From: Octopus bimaculoides
Lineage: Eukaryota
DNA length: 64,000 bases
NCBI RefSeq assembly: GCF_001194135.2
Contig: NC_068989.1
Span: forward strand, 11,426,320 to 11,490,319
Direction: 5' to 3'
Below the pieces are notes generated by a model. It was not told the DNA's origin, ran no database searches, and was given only the letters and a program-made list of their open reading frames with translations. Of the stretch, positions 36,425 through 48,917 are shown piece after piece. The stretch's first letter is position 1. Every line of letters starts with the position of its first letter. Made by a program: the position numbers and the translations under genes.

Positions 36425-36978
36425 CTTTCACTTGTTTCTGTCATTTGATTGTGGCCATGCTGGAGCACTGCTTTGAAGGGTTTTAGTCAAACAAATCGAC
36501 CCCCACCACCGCCAGGACTTACTTTTTTTTTAAAAGCCTAGTACTTAATCTTTCAATCTCTTTTGCTGAACCACTAAGTTACAGGGACAAAAACACACCA
36601 ACACCGGTTGTCAAGCGGTGAGGTGTGTGTGTGTGTGGAGGGACAAACACAAACACATAGATAAACACACACATACACACACACACACACACATATATGA
36701 CAGGCTTCTTTCAGTTTCAGTCAACCAAATCCACTCACAGCTTTGGTTGGCCCAGGGCTATAATAGAAGGCACTCGACCAAAGTGCCATGCAGTGGGACT
36801 GAACCTGGAACCATGATTATATATATATATATATATATATAAATATGGCGTTAGGAAGGGCATCCAGCTGTAGAAACTCTGCCAAATCAGATTGGAGCCT
36901 GGTGCAGCCATCTGGTTTCACCAGTCCTCAGTCAAATCATCCAACCCATGCTAGCATGGAAAGCGGACGTTAAACGAC

Positions 36979-37030
<52 letters not shown>
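36425..37030. mobile_element. SINE family A (minus, 36425-36815, head truncated) abutting family C 3' part (plus, 36846-37030)
   Basis: Both consensus motifs present, separated by (TA)n; long (GAT)n tail. Confidence 0.9.
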
Positions 37031-37059
<29 letters not shown>

Positions 37060-37092
37060 TCAAATATGAATTAGAAGCAGCTCAAGTCTATG

Positions 37093-37556
37093 ACTTTCAG
37101 GTGTTTTAATACAAGGTGCATGGATGAGAATACATTCCCTTCTGCCTGTAAGCGCAGCCTGACCATGAACTAGCAAAACACATACCTTGTACATTTGTTT
37201 GATATTATTTATATCACTCAAGCTGTTCCTCATTCATATTTGAATTTTTCTGTGGTGTGAAATGTTGGGACATACCAGCAGATCATTCTTATACCATTTT
37301 GTATATAGTCGTAGACAGCAGTTTAGCTTGCATCAGGCCTCGTTCGGGCACATAGTTTTGACAAGTCACAAAAGTGATGAAACATTTATGTCTGTCATGC
37401 CTGAATGGGACCTGATGTGAGTTATCTCGCTTGTCTGTGAACTTTCAGATGTTTTAATACCAGGTACATGGATGAGAATACATTCCCTTACGCCTATAAG
37501 TGCAGCCTACCCACGAACTAGCAAAACACTTACCTTGTGTACATGTGCTTGATATT
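37093..37556 (+). repeat. ~115-bp direct repeat pair (37093-37206 and 37441-37556)
   Basis: ACTTTCAG.TGTTTTAATAC.AGGT.CATGGATGAGAATACATTCCCTT..GAACTAGCAAAACAC.TACCTTGT occurs twice. Confidence 0.9.
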
Positions 37557-37564
37557 GTATATAT

Positions 37565-37920
37565 GCCAGTGCCCCTGGTTGCCAGTGCCCCCGGACTGGC
37601 TCTTGTGCGGGTGGCACATAAAATACACCATCTTGAGTGTGGCCGTTGCCAGTACTGCCTGACTGGCCTTCGTGCGGGTGACACGTAAAAGCACCCACTA
37701 CACTCTCTGAGTGGTTGGCATTAGGAAGGGCATCCANNNNNNNNNNCTACACTCTCTGAGTGGTTGGCATTAGGAAGGGCATCCAGCTGTAGAAACTCTG
37801 CCAAATCAGATTGGAGCCTGGTGTAGCCATCTGGTTTCACCAGTCCTCAGTCAAATCGTCCAACCCATGCTAGCATGGAAAGCAGACGTTAAACGACGAC
37901 GATAATGATGATGATGATGT
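37565..37920 (+). mobile_element. SINE family C, longest copy
   Basis: Duplicated CCAGT..GACTGGC..GTGCGGGTG.CAC.TAAAA head units, then the shared body and (GAT/GAC)n tail. Confidence 0.9.
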
Positions 37921-38099
37921 ATAAATATATATATACTTATACATGGGTGGGTGTGTATGTGTGTGTATACAAACACACATATATATATGATCTATCTATC
38001 TATCTATCTATCTTTTTCATACTGAACTACTTGGCAAAATTGTTAATTGTTAATTCTATTATTAATTGACGATTCCCTGCCCTTATTCTTGTATATCTA

Positions 38100-38152
<53 letters not shown>

Positions 38153-39408
38153 ACAGTGGTGGGCTGAGTCTAAAAATATTGGTTACCAGGAGACTAAGGG
38201 GGCCCATCCGCAACTACAATGCTATAATTTAATTTTCTTTTTCTTTTTGTTAAAAGTATTCTTTTCAACTGTCTACAAACACAGTCAGGCTGAAATAATT
38301 AATGCATTCTTCCAGGAGTGAATAAAAAATTCTCAAACTTGAGGGGATGGGCACCTTAGATACTCACACGGGCTCCCATATATGGATTCTAATGGCGCAG
38401 GGTCCCTCTTGCTATTGGACAAGCTGGCAACCTGGCTAGTAGCCACTCTTTATATATATTCATAGGTTAGCAGACTGAAAATTTGAAGTCACTGTGTCTT
38501 GTCTTCTTCTAAAAATATAATAAATGTGTAATCTATGAAAAATATTGAGTAATTCTTAGATTTGATGCTTATTACGTTTATTATAGTTCAGCATACATGA
38601 ATATAGATTAATATATTCATATGTGTGTGTGTGTTTGTGTATACACATATATGTAAATCATTTTTTTCACATGTGGGTGTAGTATTTGTGTGCATGCATA
38701 TGTATTACAATGGAATCGCACTCCAGCATAATTAAAATGGAAATGGGAAAAAAGCACTAATTGACATTTTCGTTTCAGTGAATTTTCTTTTGGTACACTG
38801 TACCACTACCACCACCACCACCACTACTACTACTACTGCTACCACCGACACCACCGCCACCNNNNNNNNNNNNNNNNNNNNNNNNNNNNNNNNNNNNNNN
38901 NNNNNNNNNNNNNNNNNNNNNNNNNNNNNNNNNNNNNNNNNNNNNNNNNNNNNNNNNNNNNNNNNNNNNNNNNNNNNNNNNNNNNNNNNNNNNNNNNNNN
39001 NNNNNNNNNNNNNNNNNNNNNNNNNNNNNNNNNNNNNNNNNNNNNNNNNNNNNNNNNNNNNNNNNNNNNNNNNNNNNNNNNNNNNNNNNNNNNNNNNNNN
39101 NNNNNNNNNNNNNNNNNNNNNNNNNNNNNNNNNNNNNNNNNNNNNNNNNNNNNNNNNNNNNNNNNNNNNNNNNNNNNNNNNNNNNNNNNNNNNNNNNNNN
39201 NNNNNNNNNNNNNNNNNNNNNNNNNNNNNNNNNNNNNNNNNNNNNNNNNNNNNNNNNNNNNNNNNNNNNNNNNNNNNNNNNNNNNNNNNNNNNNNNNNNN
39301 NNNNNACTGCCAAATAATTAATCTGGTTTCTTTTCTTTAAAATTATGTAATAGCTTCATTAATTATATTTTAAAGGTAGCCCCTCTTGATCATTATTTTC
39401 ACTTCATT

Positions 39409-39458
<50 letters not shown>

Positions 39459-39780
39459 CCCTACCTCCGTCTGAATATGTATTGTCCTAATGCTCGAAAT
39501 GCGGAGTAAGTAAAACAATGGACAACTGATGAAGGGATTGTTCTTTATATTGCCTGTCTTGTTTCTCCATTTATTTATTTCGTTGTTTGCAAAAAAAGGT
39601 TCGTTTCCAAATCTGTGGCCCTAGCAACAATCACGCTTGGATGTGCTTTTAACGTTCCACTGGCACGAGTGCCAATCAGGCGGGTACTGTCGTCGGCCAC
39701 ATCAGCGATTTTGATTTTGATTTCATTTGATTTCATTTGCCTCAGTAGGTCTTCACAAGGGTATTCATATATAGGCTGAT

Positions 39781-39819
<39 letters not shown>

Positions 39820-39844
39820 GTATGCCAGCATGGCATATATATAT

Positions 39845-40010
39845 ACACAGGCTTCTTTTCAGTTTCCACCTGCCAAATCCACTGACAAGTATTAGGTTGG
39901 CCTGAGGCTATAACAGAAGACACTTGTCGAAGGTGCCATGCAGTGGGACTAAACCCAGAACCATGTGGTTGGGAAGCAAGCTTCTTACCGCTAAGCCATG
40001 TCTGAGCCTA
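39845..40010 (-). mobile_element. SINE family A left arm
   Basis: CAGTTTCCACCTGCCAAATCCACT..GTGCCATGCAGTGGGACT..CCATGTGGTTGG. Confidence 0.85.
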
Positions 40011-40159
40011 TGTTTATCATTTTTTCAACTAATTATTTCTTATTAATTAATATATGTAATAATAACGATAATATTGTACAGGCAAGATCACCTCATGACC
40101 TTTGGTCTGACAGTGCATGCATGTATGTATGTATGTATGTATGTATGTATATATGTTTG

Positions 40160-40199
<40 letters not shown>

Positions 40200-40399
40200 C
40201 ATCCAGCAAACAACACTTCTTTTTTATTGCTTTTCTTTTTTTGTTTTCCTTCCTTTCTTCATTTTATTTTTTGTTTGCAAAACAGTATCATATAAAACAA
40301 AATATATGACGGGTTTATATATAAATATTTTTAAACCAGTCTAGTTTTCTCAATCAATTATTGGCAATTTTCTGCCTGATGTATTTCTTTTATTTTTGT

Positions 40400-40403
<4 letters not shown>

Positions 40404-40439
<36 letters not shown>

Positions 40440-40469
40440 AAAAAACGAATTATTATTATTATGATTATT

Positions 40470-40501
<32 letters not shown>

Positions 40502-40573
40502 TATTATTGTTATTATCACCAATATCACCACCAGCACCAGCACCACCACCACCACCAGCAGCAGCAGCAGCAG

Positions 40574-40620
<47 letters not shown>

Positions 40621-40622
40621 TC

Positions 40623-40666
<44 letters not shown>

Positions 40667-40690
40667 CATTATTATTATTATTATTATTAT
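40404..40690. repeat. Mosaic trinucleotide repeat (ATT, CAT, CAC, CAG); similar tracts at 52340-52485, 57270-57372 and 59885-60180
   Basis: Directly visible runs of triplets that differ by single bases. Confidence 0.95.
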
Positions 40691-41718
40691 TTAATAAAAA
40701 AAAAATTCTGACAACTACNNNNNNNNNNNNNNNNNNNNNNNNNNNNNNNNNNNNNNNNNNNNNNNNNNNNNNNNNNNNNNNNNNNNNNNNNNNNNNNNNN
40801 NNNNNNNNNNNNNNNNNNNNNNNNNNNNNNNNNNNNNNNNNNNNNNNNNNNNNNNNNNNNNNNNNNNNNNNNNNNNNNNNNNNNNNNNNNNNNNNNNNNN
40901 NNNNNNNNNNNNNNNNNNNNNNNNNNNNNNNNNNNNNNNNNNNNNNNNNNNNNNNNNNNNNNNNNNNNNNNNNNNNNNNNNNNNNNNNNNNNNNNNNNNN
41001 NNNNNNNNNNNNNNNNNNNNNNNNNNNNNNNNNNNNNNNNNNNNNNNNNNNNNNNNNNNNNNNNNNNNNNNNNNNNNNNNNNNNNNNNNNNNNNNNNNNN
41101 NNNNNNNNNNNNNNNNNNNNNNNNNNNNNNNNNNNNNNNNNNNNNNNNNNNNNNNNNNNNNNNNNNNNNNNNNNNNNNNNNNNNNNNNNNNNNNNNNNNN
41201 NNNNNNNNNNNNNNNNNNNNNNNNNNNNNNNNNNNNNNNNNNNNNNNNNNNNNNNNNNNNNNNNNNNNNNNNNNNNNNNNNNNNNNNNNNNNNNNNNNNN
41301 NNNNNNNNNNNNNNNNNNNNNNNNNNNNNNNNNNNNNNNNNNNNNNNNNNNNNNNNNNNNNNNNNNNNNNNNNNNNNNNNNNNNNNNNNNNNNNNNNNNN
41401 NNNNNNNNNNNNNNNNNNNNNNNNNNNNNNNNNNNNNNNNNNNNNNNNNNNNNNNNNNNNNNNNNNNNNNNNNNNNNNNNNNNNNNNNNNNNNNNNNNNN
41501 NNNNNNNNNNNNNNNNNNNNNNNNNNNNNNNNNNNNNNNNNNNNNNNNNNNNNNNNNNNNNNNNNNNNNNNNNNNNNNNNNNNNNNNNNNNNNNNNNNNN
41601 NNNNGCCACCACCACCGCCACCACTACCACTATCACCACAGTGATGGGAACTGTGACAATTGATTGACTGCAAAAGTCTTTTTATCATTATCATCATCAT
41701 CATTATTATTATTATTAA

Positions 41719-41757
<39 letters not shown>

Positions 41758-41900
41758 TACAGTGTTCAAGGAAAATAAAGTTTCCCAAATAAATGCTTCC
41801 TATTATTTTTAAACACAACACAAAACACACACACACGAACACACAAACACACACACTCTCTCTCCAACGTGTGGGATATGTGTATTGTGAGTATATTTGC

Positions 41901-41937
<37 letters not shown>

Positions 41938-42454
41938 GCATTTTACTTGAACTTTTTTTTCCTTTGCTGTGGATTCATTAACATATTTCACACATAAAGT
42001 CTGAGAAGACTATGGCTTTGCTATTGATGTTAGTTGGGCCTGCAATTATATTGGTGAAAGGCATTGGTTAAAAATAACCCCAAAGTCTGTGTTTATAACA
42101 GGAAAGGTGCCAAGAAAATTCAGATTTTCACTTAGCTTATCTAATTTTTTTTTTTTTTTTACATTTTTTCATTGTGTTTTGTTTCAACCAATACAATCGA
42201 TGATGTTGATAATGATAATGATGGTAACTGATGAAATAAATTGTAAAACAAAAAAAACTATTGGAATTTTTAACTTATGCATTCTGTTGCAAAGGGAGTG
42301 GACTTCATTAGTCTCTGTGCTGTGTTCCGCTGCCTGAGACAAATACAAGAGATCCTGTAGAATGTCCTATTTGTGAGGAAGCATGCCTTACTGTTTACTG
42401 TGGAACGTGCACTAGATTTTGTAGTGTATTTTGACCTGGGAGGAAAACACACAA

Positions 42455-42655
42455 AGTAGGAGCATAGCTCTGTGGTTAAGAAGTTGGCTTTCCGACCTCG
42501 TGGTTTTGAGTTCGGTCCCACTGCATGGCACTTTGGGCAAGTGTCTTTTACTATTAACCTTGGTCTCAGGCTCAGCAGTGCCTGGTGAGTGTATTTGGTT
42601 GATAAAATCCGTGTGTGGAAGTCTGTTGCTTGCAAACATGTACATATGTACATGC

Positions 42656-42753
<98 letters not shown>

Positions 42754-43012
42754 CTAGATTTTAAAATTTCCAGGAAATGCTTATAATACAGTTAATTTTT
42801 TTATTATGAAGAAAGCTAAAATACATTTTGATTTTATAAATAAAACTTACATACATGTTTACATATCTCTTTATTCTATTACTTTTCTTTACGCCATATT
42901 TTCACGTGACTTCATCATCATCATCATCATCGTCGTTTAACGTCCGCTTTCCATGCTAGCATGGGTTGGACGATTTGACTGAGGACTGGTGAAACCAGAT
43001 GGCTACACCAGG
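42455..43012. mobile_element. Degenerate family A left arm (plus, 42455-42630) and truncated family C tail (minus, 42913-43012)
   Basis: GAGTTCGGTCCCACTGCATGGCACTTTGGGCAAGTG; (CAT)n GTTTAACGTCCGCTTTCCATGCTAGCATGGG. Confidence 0.8.
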
Positions 43013-44022
43013 CCAATTCTAATAAACACTAAGTTAATAGTATAATGTTTAAAATTTTAGTTTAAACTAAAGCTTCAATAAGATAAGTATTGCATTTATT
43101 TTCAGTAATATTGTTAAATGTTTTTCTTTTATTTATTGGTAAAATAAGTATTTTTATATAAATTCATTTGATATTTGTTGTTAGTTGATATATATATACA
43201 TTCATTTTATTATTATTATTATTATTATTGTATTTTGACCTGAAGATTAGCTATATTTTTGAAATGGAAATGGAAAAGCAAGACAAGCAACATAAAGACA
43301 AAGATATTGTGAAAGCTGGGAACCCCAACCAGGTCTTTCACAATACCTTTGAAGCCAGGAACTTTTCAGCACCCCCTCGTATATTTGTGATAAAACATTG
43401 ACCTCTGTTACAAATGAAAGTTATTTAACACATTAAGTGGCGAAGCATATTGAGTTGTTTTCCTTTTGTTTATGGAATATATTAATGTTAAAAAACCCAC
43501 AAACAAACAAACAAAACCTCTCAATGAACAACAGCACTGTTATTTATATGGTAGTAAAATACTTTGCAAAGAAGTTGATTAAAATGTTATGACGCCACTT
43601 CCAAAGATCTTGTATTTATTATTATTATTATTATTATTGTTTTGTCTTCACGAGTATGTCTTATTATTAATGTATCTTTTAGTGTTTTATTTACAACCAA
43701 CAAATATTGTAATATCTATGAAAGAGTAATGGATTTCCCACAGAGAACTATACAATTTATTATGCGACCGGTAAAACAACCAAAACAACTAACAATACAT
43801 AAATGTTAAAGCAACACTAATAGAATGCTAGATTTTTTGCCTTTTAATTGTTTCGGTCATTAAACTGCGGCCAAGCCGGAGCGCCGCCTCAAAGAATTTT
43901 TAGTCGAATGAATCGACTCTTGGTACTTATTATTATTTTTGGTAAGCCTTAATTCACAAATAAAGAAATTAGTTATCCACCAATGCGGTGTTGAGCACTC
44001 ATTCCATCGTTCTACAATTTAC

Positions 44023-44054
<32 letters not shown>

Positions 44055-44125
44055 NNNNNNNNNNNNNNNNNNGTACTGTTCGTTTTTCTTATTCAGTTTT
44101 TTTAGTTTGTTATGATATGTGGTTT

Positions 44126-44180
44126 GTGCCTGATGAATATGTTTGAGATATTTCTCTACATATGAAACTATTAGTAGCAC
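44126..44180 (+). ncRNA. Minimal type I hammerhead ribozyme motif, core intact
   Basis: GUGC-CUGAUGA-AUAUG..CAUAU-GAAA-CUAUUAG-UA-GCAC. Helix I GUGC/GCAC, helix II AUAUG/CAUAU with inner GAGA/UCUC, short near-palindromic helix III, GUA triplet. Predicted cleavage after 44176. Confidence 0.75.
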
Positions 44181-44246
44181 TTAAAGACATGTATTGTGTC
44201 CTTTAAATAAATTATTTATATCTATATATATATATATATATATATA

Positions 44247-44802
44247 GGTGCAGGAGTGGCTGTGTGGTATGTAGCTTGCTTCCCAGCCACATGGTTCTGG
44301 GTTCAGTCCCACCACGTGGCACCTTGGGCAAGTGTCTTCTATTATAGCCTCAGGCCGACCAAAGCCTTGTGAGTGGATTTGATAGACAGAAACTGAAAGA
44401 AGCCTGTCGTATATATATGTGTGTGTGTGTGTGTGTGAAAGTAGAGTTGATTAAGTTAAACCCAAGTATTTGAATGTTCTTTTGTTTCATTAATATGCCA
44501 GTGTTGCACCTGTGCCGGTGTCATGTAAAAATCGCCCATGCCAGTTCCTCGTAAGAATCACTCATGCTGGTGCCACACGAAAAGCACTCGTGCTGGTGTC
44601 ACGTACCATGTAAACAGCACTGGTACTAGTACCATGTAAACAGCACTCAGTACTCTGTAAAATGGTTGGCACTAGGAAGGGCATCCAGTCGTAGAAACCA
44701 TGCCAAAGCAGACAAATGGAGGCTGGCGCAGCTCTCCGGCAAGCCAGCTTCTGTCAAACCGTCCAACCCATGCCAGCATGGGAAACGTTAAATGATGATG
44801 AC
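44247..44802 (+). mobile_element. SINE family A left arm (44247-44410) followed by a family C variant (44500-44802)
   Basis: Consensus motifs as above; the C variant has repeated TGCTGGTG.CAC head units. Confidence 0.85.
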
Positions 44803-46044
44803 CACTAGAAGAATGAAAGGTTGAGTTGACCTCAGCTGGATTTCATCTCAGAAAATAAAGGTTCGTGGCTGGCGCTAATTAATGATTCTGACGTAAATAT
44901 TTGTAGTTCAAGGCTGAAGTGCTTCAATGCTATAATTTAGCTGTATCTGAATAGAGTTGTAAGAGTGGTTGATAGAATACCTGGCGCTACCTTTACTCTG
45001 AGTTCAAATCCTTCCACATTTCAACATTTAGAACACATGCGTGAATGTAATAATTCCTAATTTCCTCTCATAAAATCTCTAGATTAAAAAATAAAATAAA
45101 AAGAATAATCCCAGAAAAACGAACAGGATAGAATAACAAGGGACATAACTTATATCTTATGTAAGGGAAGCAACTCTTTATTTTCTTTTGCATACGAATG
45201 GGACAACATTTCCGCACACATACGAACAACCTTTTTACACATACATTCACGTTTTTTTTTTAATTGTTTCAATCATTGGATTGTGGCCATGCTGGAGCAC
45301 CGCTTTGAAGTGTTCTAGTCGAACATATCGTCCCTTGTACTTATTTTTTAAAAGTCTAATACTTATGCTAGGTCATGGAGACGTAAACAAAACAACATTG
45401 GTTGTCAAAACAGAACGAACATATAGGAAAACAAACAAGCCACTTGGAATTATTCCTTCATCAGCTGCCTCTATTTTAAAACCAGGCGTTTCGAAGATAA
45501 GGCAGGACGCACTCTTAGAATAGTTTCTTCCTGAGAAGTGGATTAACCCACTAAACAGAGGATTCCATGGTAGCAAACACAAACCAAGACAGGAAAAATT
45601 GGACAGTGAAAACAACATTAAAAAAGCCGTACGACCAAACGCGTGGGATATTGAACGCTAGTGAAATAACGAAGTTTGACGGAGAAATAGTAATTACGTC
45701 TTGCCTTTAATCCGGGTGGATTGAGAAAGAGAGAGGTGACCAGAAGTCACATGTGAGCAGAGAGGGGTGGTAGAGGGAGGAAGTGGAACAAGGTGGGCCG
45801 ACAAGAGACAGGGGAAGAGGAAGAGAGAGAGATATGTATAGCAGTAGAAGCACGGACAGTAGAAGGAAGCAGAGCGGAAGGGGGAGATAAGTAAGAAAAA
45901 AGATAGATAGGTATATATAGATAGGTGGATAGATAGATAGAGTCGCGTCAGGAATATAAAGTTGAAACTTACTTGCAAATGGACGCGTGCGTTCGATGAT
46001 ATAATAAAACAAATGTTATATAAGCATATGCATGTATACATACA

Positions 46045-46081
<37 letters not shown>

Positions 46082-46216
46082 NNNNNNNNNNNNNNNNNNN
46101 NNNNNNNNNNNNNNNNNNNNNNNNNNNNNNNNNNNNNNNNNNNNNNNNNNNNNNNNNNNNNNNNNNNNNNNNNNNNNNNNNNNNNNNNNNNNNNNNNNNN
46201 NNNNNNNNNNATATAT

Positions 46217-46420
46217 AGGCGTGGCTGTGTGGTAAGTAGCTTGCTTACCAACGACACACACCTGGGTTCAGTTCCACTGTGTAGCACCTTGGGCAAGTGT
46301 CTTTTACTATAGTCTCGAACCGACCAAAGCCTTGTGAGTGTATTTGGTAGACGGAAACTGAAAGAAGCCCGTCGTATATAGATATGTGTGTGTTTGTGTT
46401 CCCCCCCTCCCCATCGCTTG
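46217..46420 (+). mobile_element. SINE family A left arm and start of right arm
   Basis: GGCTGTGTGGTAAGTAGCTTGC..GAAAGAAGCCCGTCG. Confidence 0.9.
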
Positions 46421-46837
46421 TTTGTGTTCCCCTCCCCACCGCTTCACTTCCAAACAACGATTTCCGACATCTTGTGTTTAGATTTGACATATGTTTTGAC
46501 GGGAATGTTACGCCAGTATTCCTTGTGTTGATGTTTGTGTATGAATTCAATAACGACTGTCTTTTCTCGGAAGGCATCGTATATTTTAGCAAACAACATC
46601 ATTTCATATTGGAAGATTGCACCTTGATATTTATGGATAGTTGCTGGTCACACGTGTGATGTCTTCCAGAGAAATATTTGTTTGTATGTATGTATGTATG
46701 TATGTATGTGTGCATACATACATGGTTGATTACGAAACGAACTTTTTAACCACACAGCCAGGGCTAATCATCAAATATATTGGAATTTGTCAAAGTTTGA
46801 GGCTTTCATTTATTTTTAAACCTCCAACTGTTTGCGA

Positions 46838-47260
46838 AATAATTGTTTCAAATTTTGACACAAGACCAGTATTCTTAGGGGAAGGATTAGTCAATTACAT
46901 GGACCCCATTACTCGACGACTTCCTTATCCTGTCAACCCTAAAAGAATGAAAAGCAAAGTTGACCTCAGCGGAATTTCAACTCAGAACATAAGGGCGGAC
47001 GAAATGCTGGCAAACATTTTGTCCGGCATGCTAACGATTTCCCAGCTAACGCTTTAAAAGTAAGTTTAATATTGGTTTCAAATGTTGGCACAAGGCCACC
47101 AATTTCGAGAGAGTCCATTAAATCGACCCCAGTGCTTAGCTGGTACTTATTTCATAAAAAGCAAAGTCGACTTCGGCGGAATTTGAACTCAGAACGTAAA
47201 GGCGAACGAAATGCCACTGAGCATTTTCGTCCGGCGTGCTAACGATTCTGCCAGCTTGCC
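46838..47260 (-). mobile_element. Two tandem SINE family B copies
   Basis: AAAAGCAAAGT(T/C)GAC.TC.GCGGAATTT.AACTCAGAAC.TAA.GGCG occurs twice. Confidence 0.85.
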
Positions 47261-47310
47261 AAGTTTAATATTCAGACATGTTAGAATAGGAAGTTGATAG
47301 AAAATATATA

Positions 47311-47465
47311 CCGCAGGAGTGTGGTAAGTAGCTTGCTTACCAACCACATGGTTCCGGGTTCAGTCCCACTACGTGGCACCTTGGGCAAGTATCTTCTACT
47401 ATAGCCTCGGGCCGACCAAAGCCTTGTGAGTGGATTTGGTAGACGGAAACTGAAAGAAGCCCGTC

Positions 47466-47515
<50 letters not shown>

Positions 47516-47720
47516 GTGTGTCTGTGTTTGTCCCCCTAGCATTGCTTGACAACCGATGCTGGTGTGTTTATGTCCCCGTCACCTAGCGGTTCGGCAAAGG
47601 AGACCGATAGAATAAGTACTAGGCTTCCAAAGAATAAGTCCCGGGGTCAATTTGCTCGACTAAAGGCGGTGCTCCAGCATGGCCGCAGTAAAATGACTGA
47701 AACAAGTAAAAGAGTAAGAG
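47311..47720 (+). mobile_element. SINE family A, full length, little diverged
   Basis: Complete left arm, (TA)n, right arm and TAAAAGAG tail. Confidence 0.95.
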
Positions 47721-48180
47721 AGTTATGCATTTCGTTCCTTCACATTTTAGATTCAAAATATTGATTTTTCTTACCTCTAGGGTTGAGAAATATGAACCAG
47801 CCAAAGTCGTCGTTGGTATTGTTGTTAATTAATCTCAGATTAGCTCTGATTGTGTATAGTTTTGATCAAAAGTGTTCCGATCATGATTATCGGCACTTTC
47901 TAGTTCATAGTTACCATCTTATCAATGTTTAACCCGATAATCGATATCAAGAGAAATAACTCTTGGAAAAATTCTCACGATTATGTCCCTTGTAAATGCT
48001 GCAATCTAATTTTGTGCACACATTCGATACTCATACACATATGCACACAGGCACAGACACACGGAGAGACTCGTGTGCGTGTGTGTGCACCCGTATGTAT
48101 GTTTATGTATGCGTGCATACATATTTGATATGCACATAGACATGCACACACACGCATAAACATACACACATATATGCATG

Positions 48181-48222
<42 letters not shown>

Positions 48223-48777
48223 CATGTATTTATATATACTTGTATATATATTTGCATGTATATATGTATATGTGTGTGTGTATGTGTGTTTATATATATA
48301 TAAATACACATATATATATACAAATATAAATACATACATACAAACATACATACACGCACACATACACATACGCGCACACTCATAAACATACACACGTATA
48401 TTCATACATACATGCAAATATCTATCTATCTGTCTGTCTGTCTGTCTATCTATCTATTTGCATGCATTCATATATATNNNNNNNNNNNNNNNNNNNNNNN
48501 NNNNNNNNNNNNNNNNNNNNNNNNNNNNNNNNNNNNNNNNNNNNNNNNNNNNNNNNNNNNNNNNNNNNNNNNNNNNNNNNNNNNNNNNNNNNNNNNNNNN
48601 NNNNNNNNNNNNNNNNNNNNATAGTCGTTTTGCAAGATTCTTGATGTGAAATCGTGTGTTGAAACAGATATTGTTGTAGTTGGGGATGGTCATGTTGCCA
48701 GTTTAGCCAATAAAAACACACGCACTATATATTTGGTGTTGATTTGCTTCAGCTTTATTTTACATTAATCGTATTTC

Positions 48778-48822
48778 GGCCAGAGTTCTTTCGTCACACT
48801 TCTGTGACCTCATCAGTGGTCC
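48778..48822 (-). ncRNA. Degenerate minimal type I hammerhead motif
   Basis: Minus strand GGACCA-CUGAUGA-GGUCACA-GAAG-UGUGAC-GAAA-GAAC-UC-UGGCC. Helix II is good, helix I has one bulge, and helix III is only 2 bp around an AA loop. Confidence 0.45.
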
Positions 48823-48878
48823 TTTGCTTTCTTCCTTCTTATTTGTGTGTCCCTCCTTACTAACGATCAGCCATTTTG

Positions 48879-48913
<35 letters not shown>

Positions 48914-48917
<4 letters not shown>

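Noticed and set aside
38154-38447. Possible hAT MITE (CAGTGG ... CCACTC)
   Set aside because: Only 5 bp of terminal complementarity and no clear 8-bp TSD.
46440-46600. Protein-looking minus-strand frame (FAKIYDAFREKTVVIEF..)
   Set aside because: Short, no recognisable family, and no convincing splice sites.
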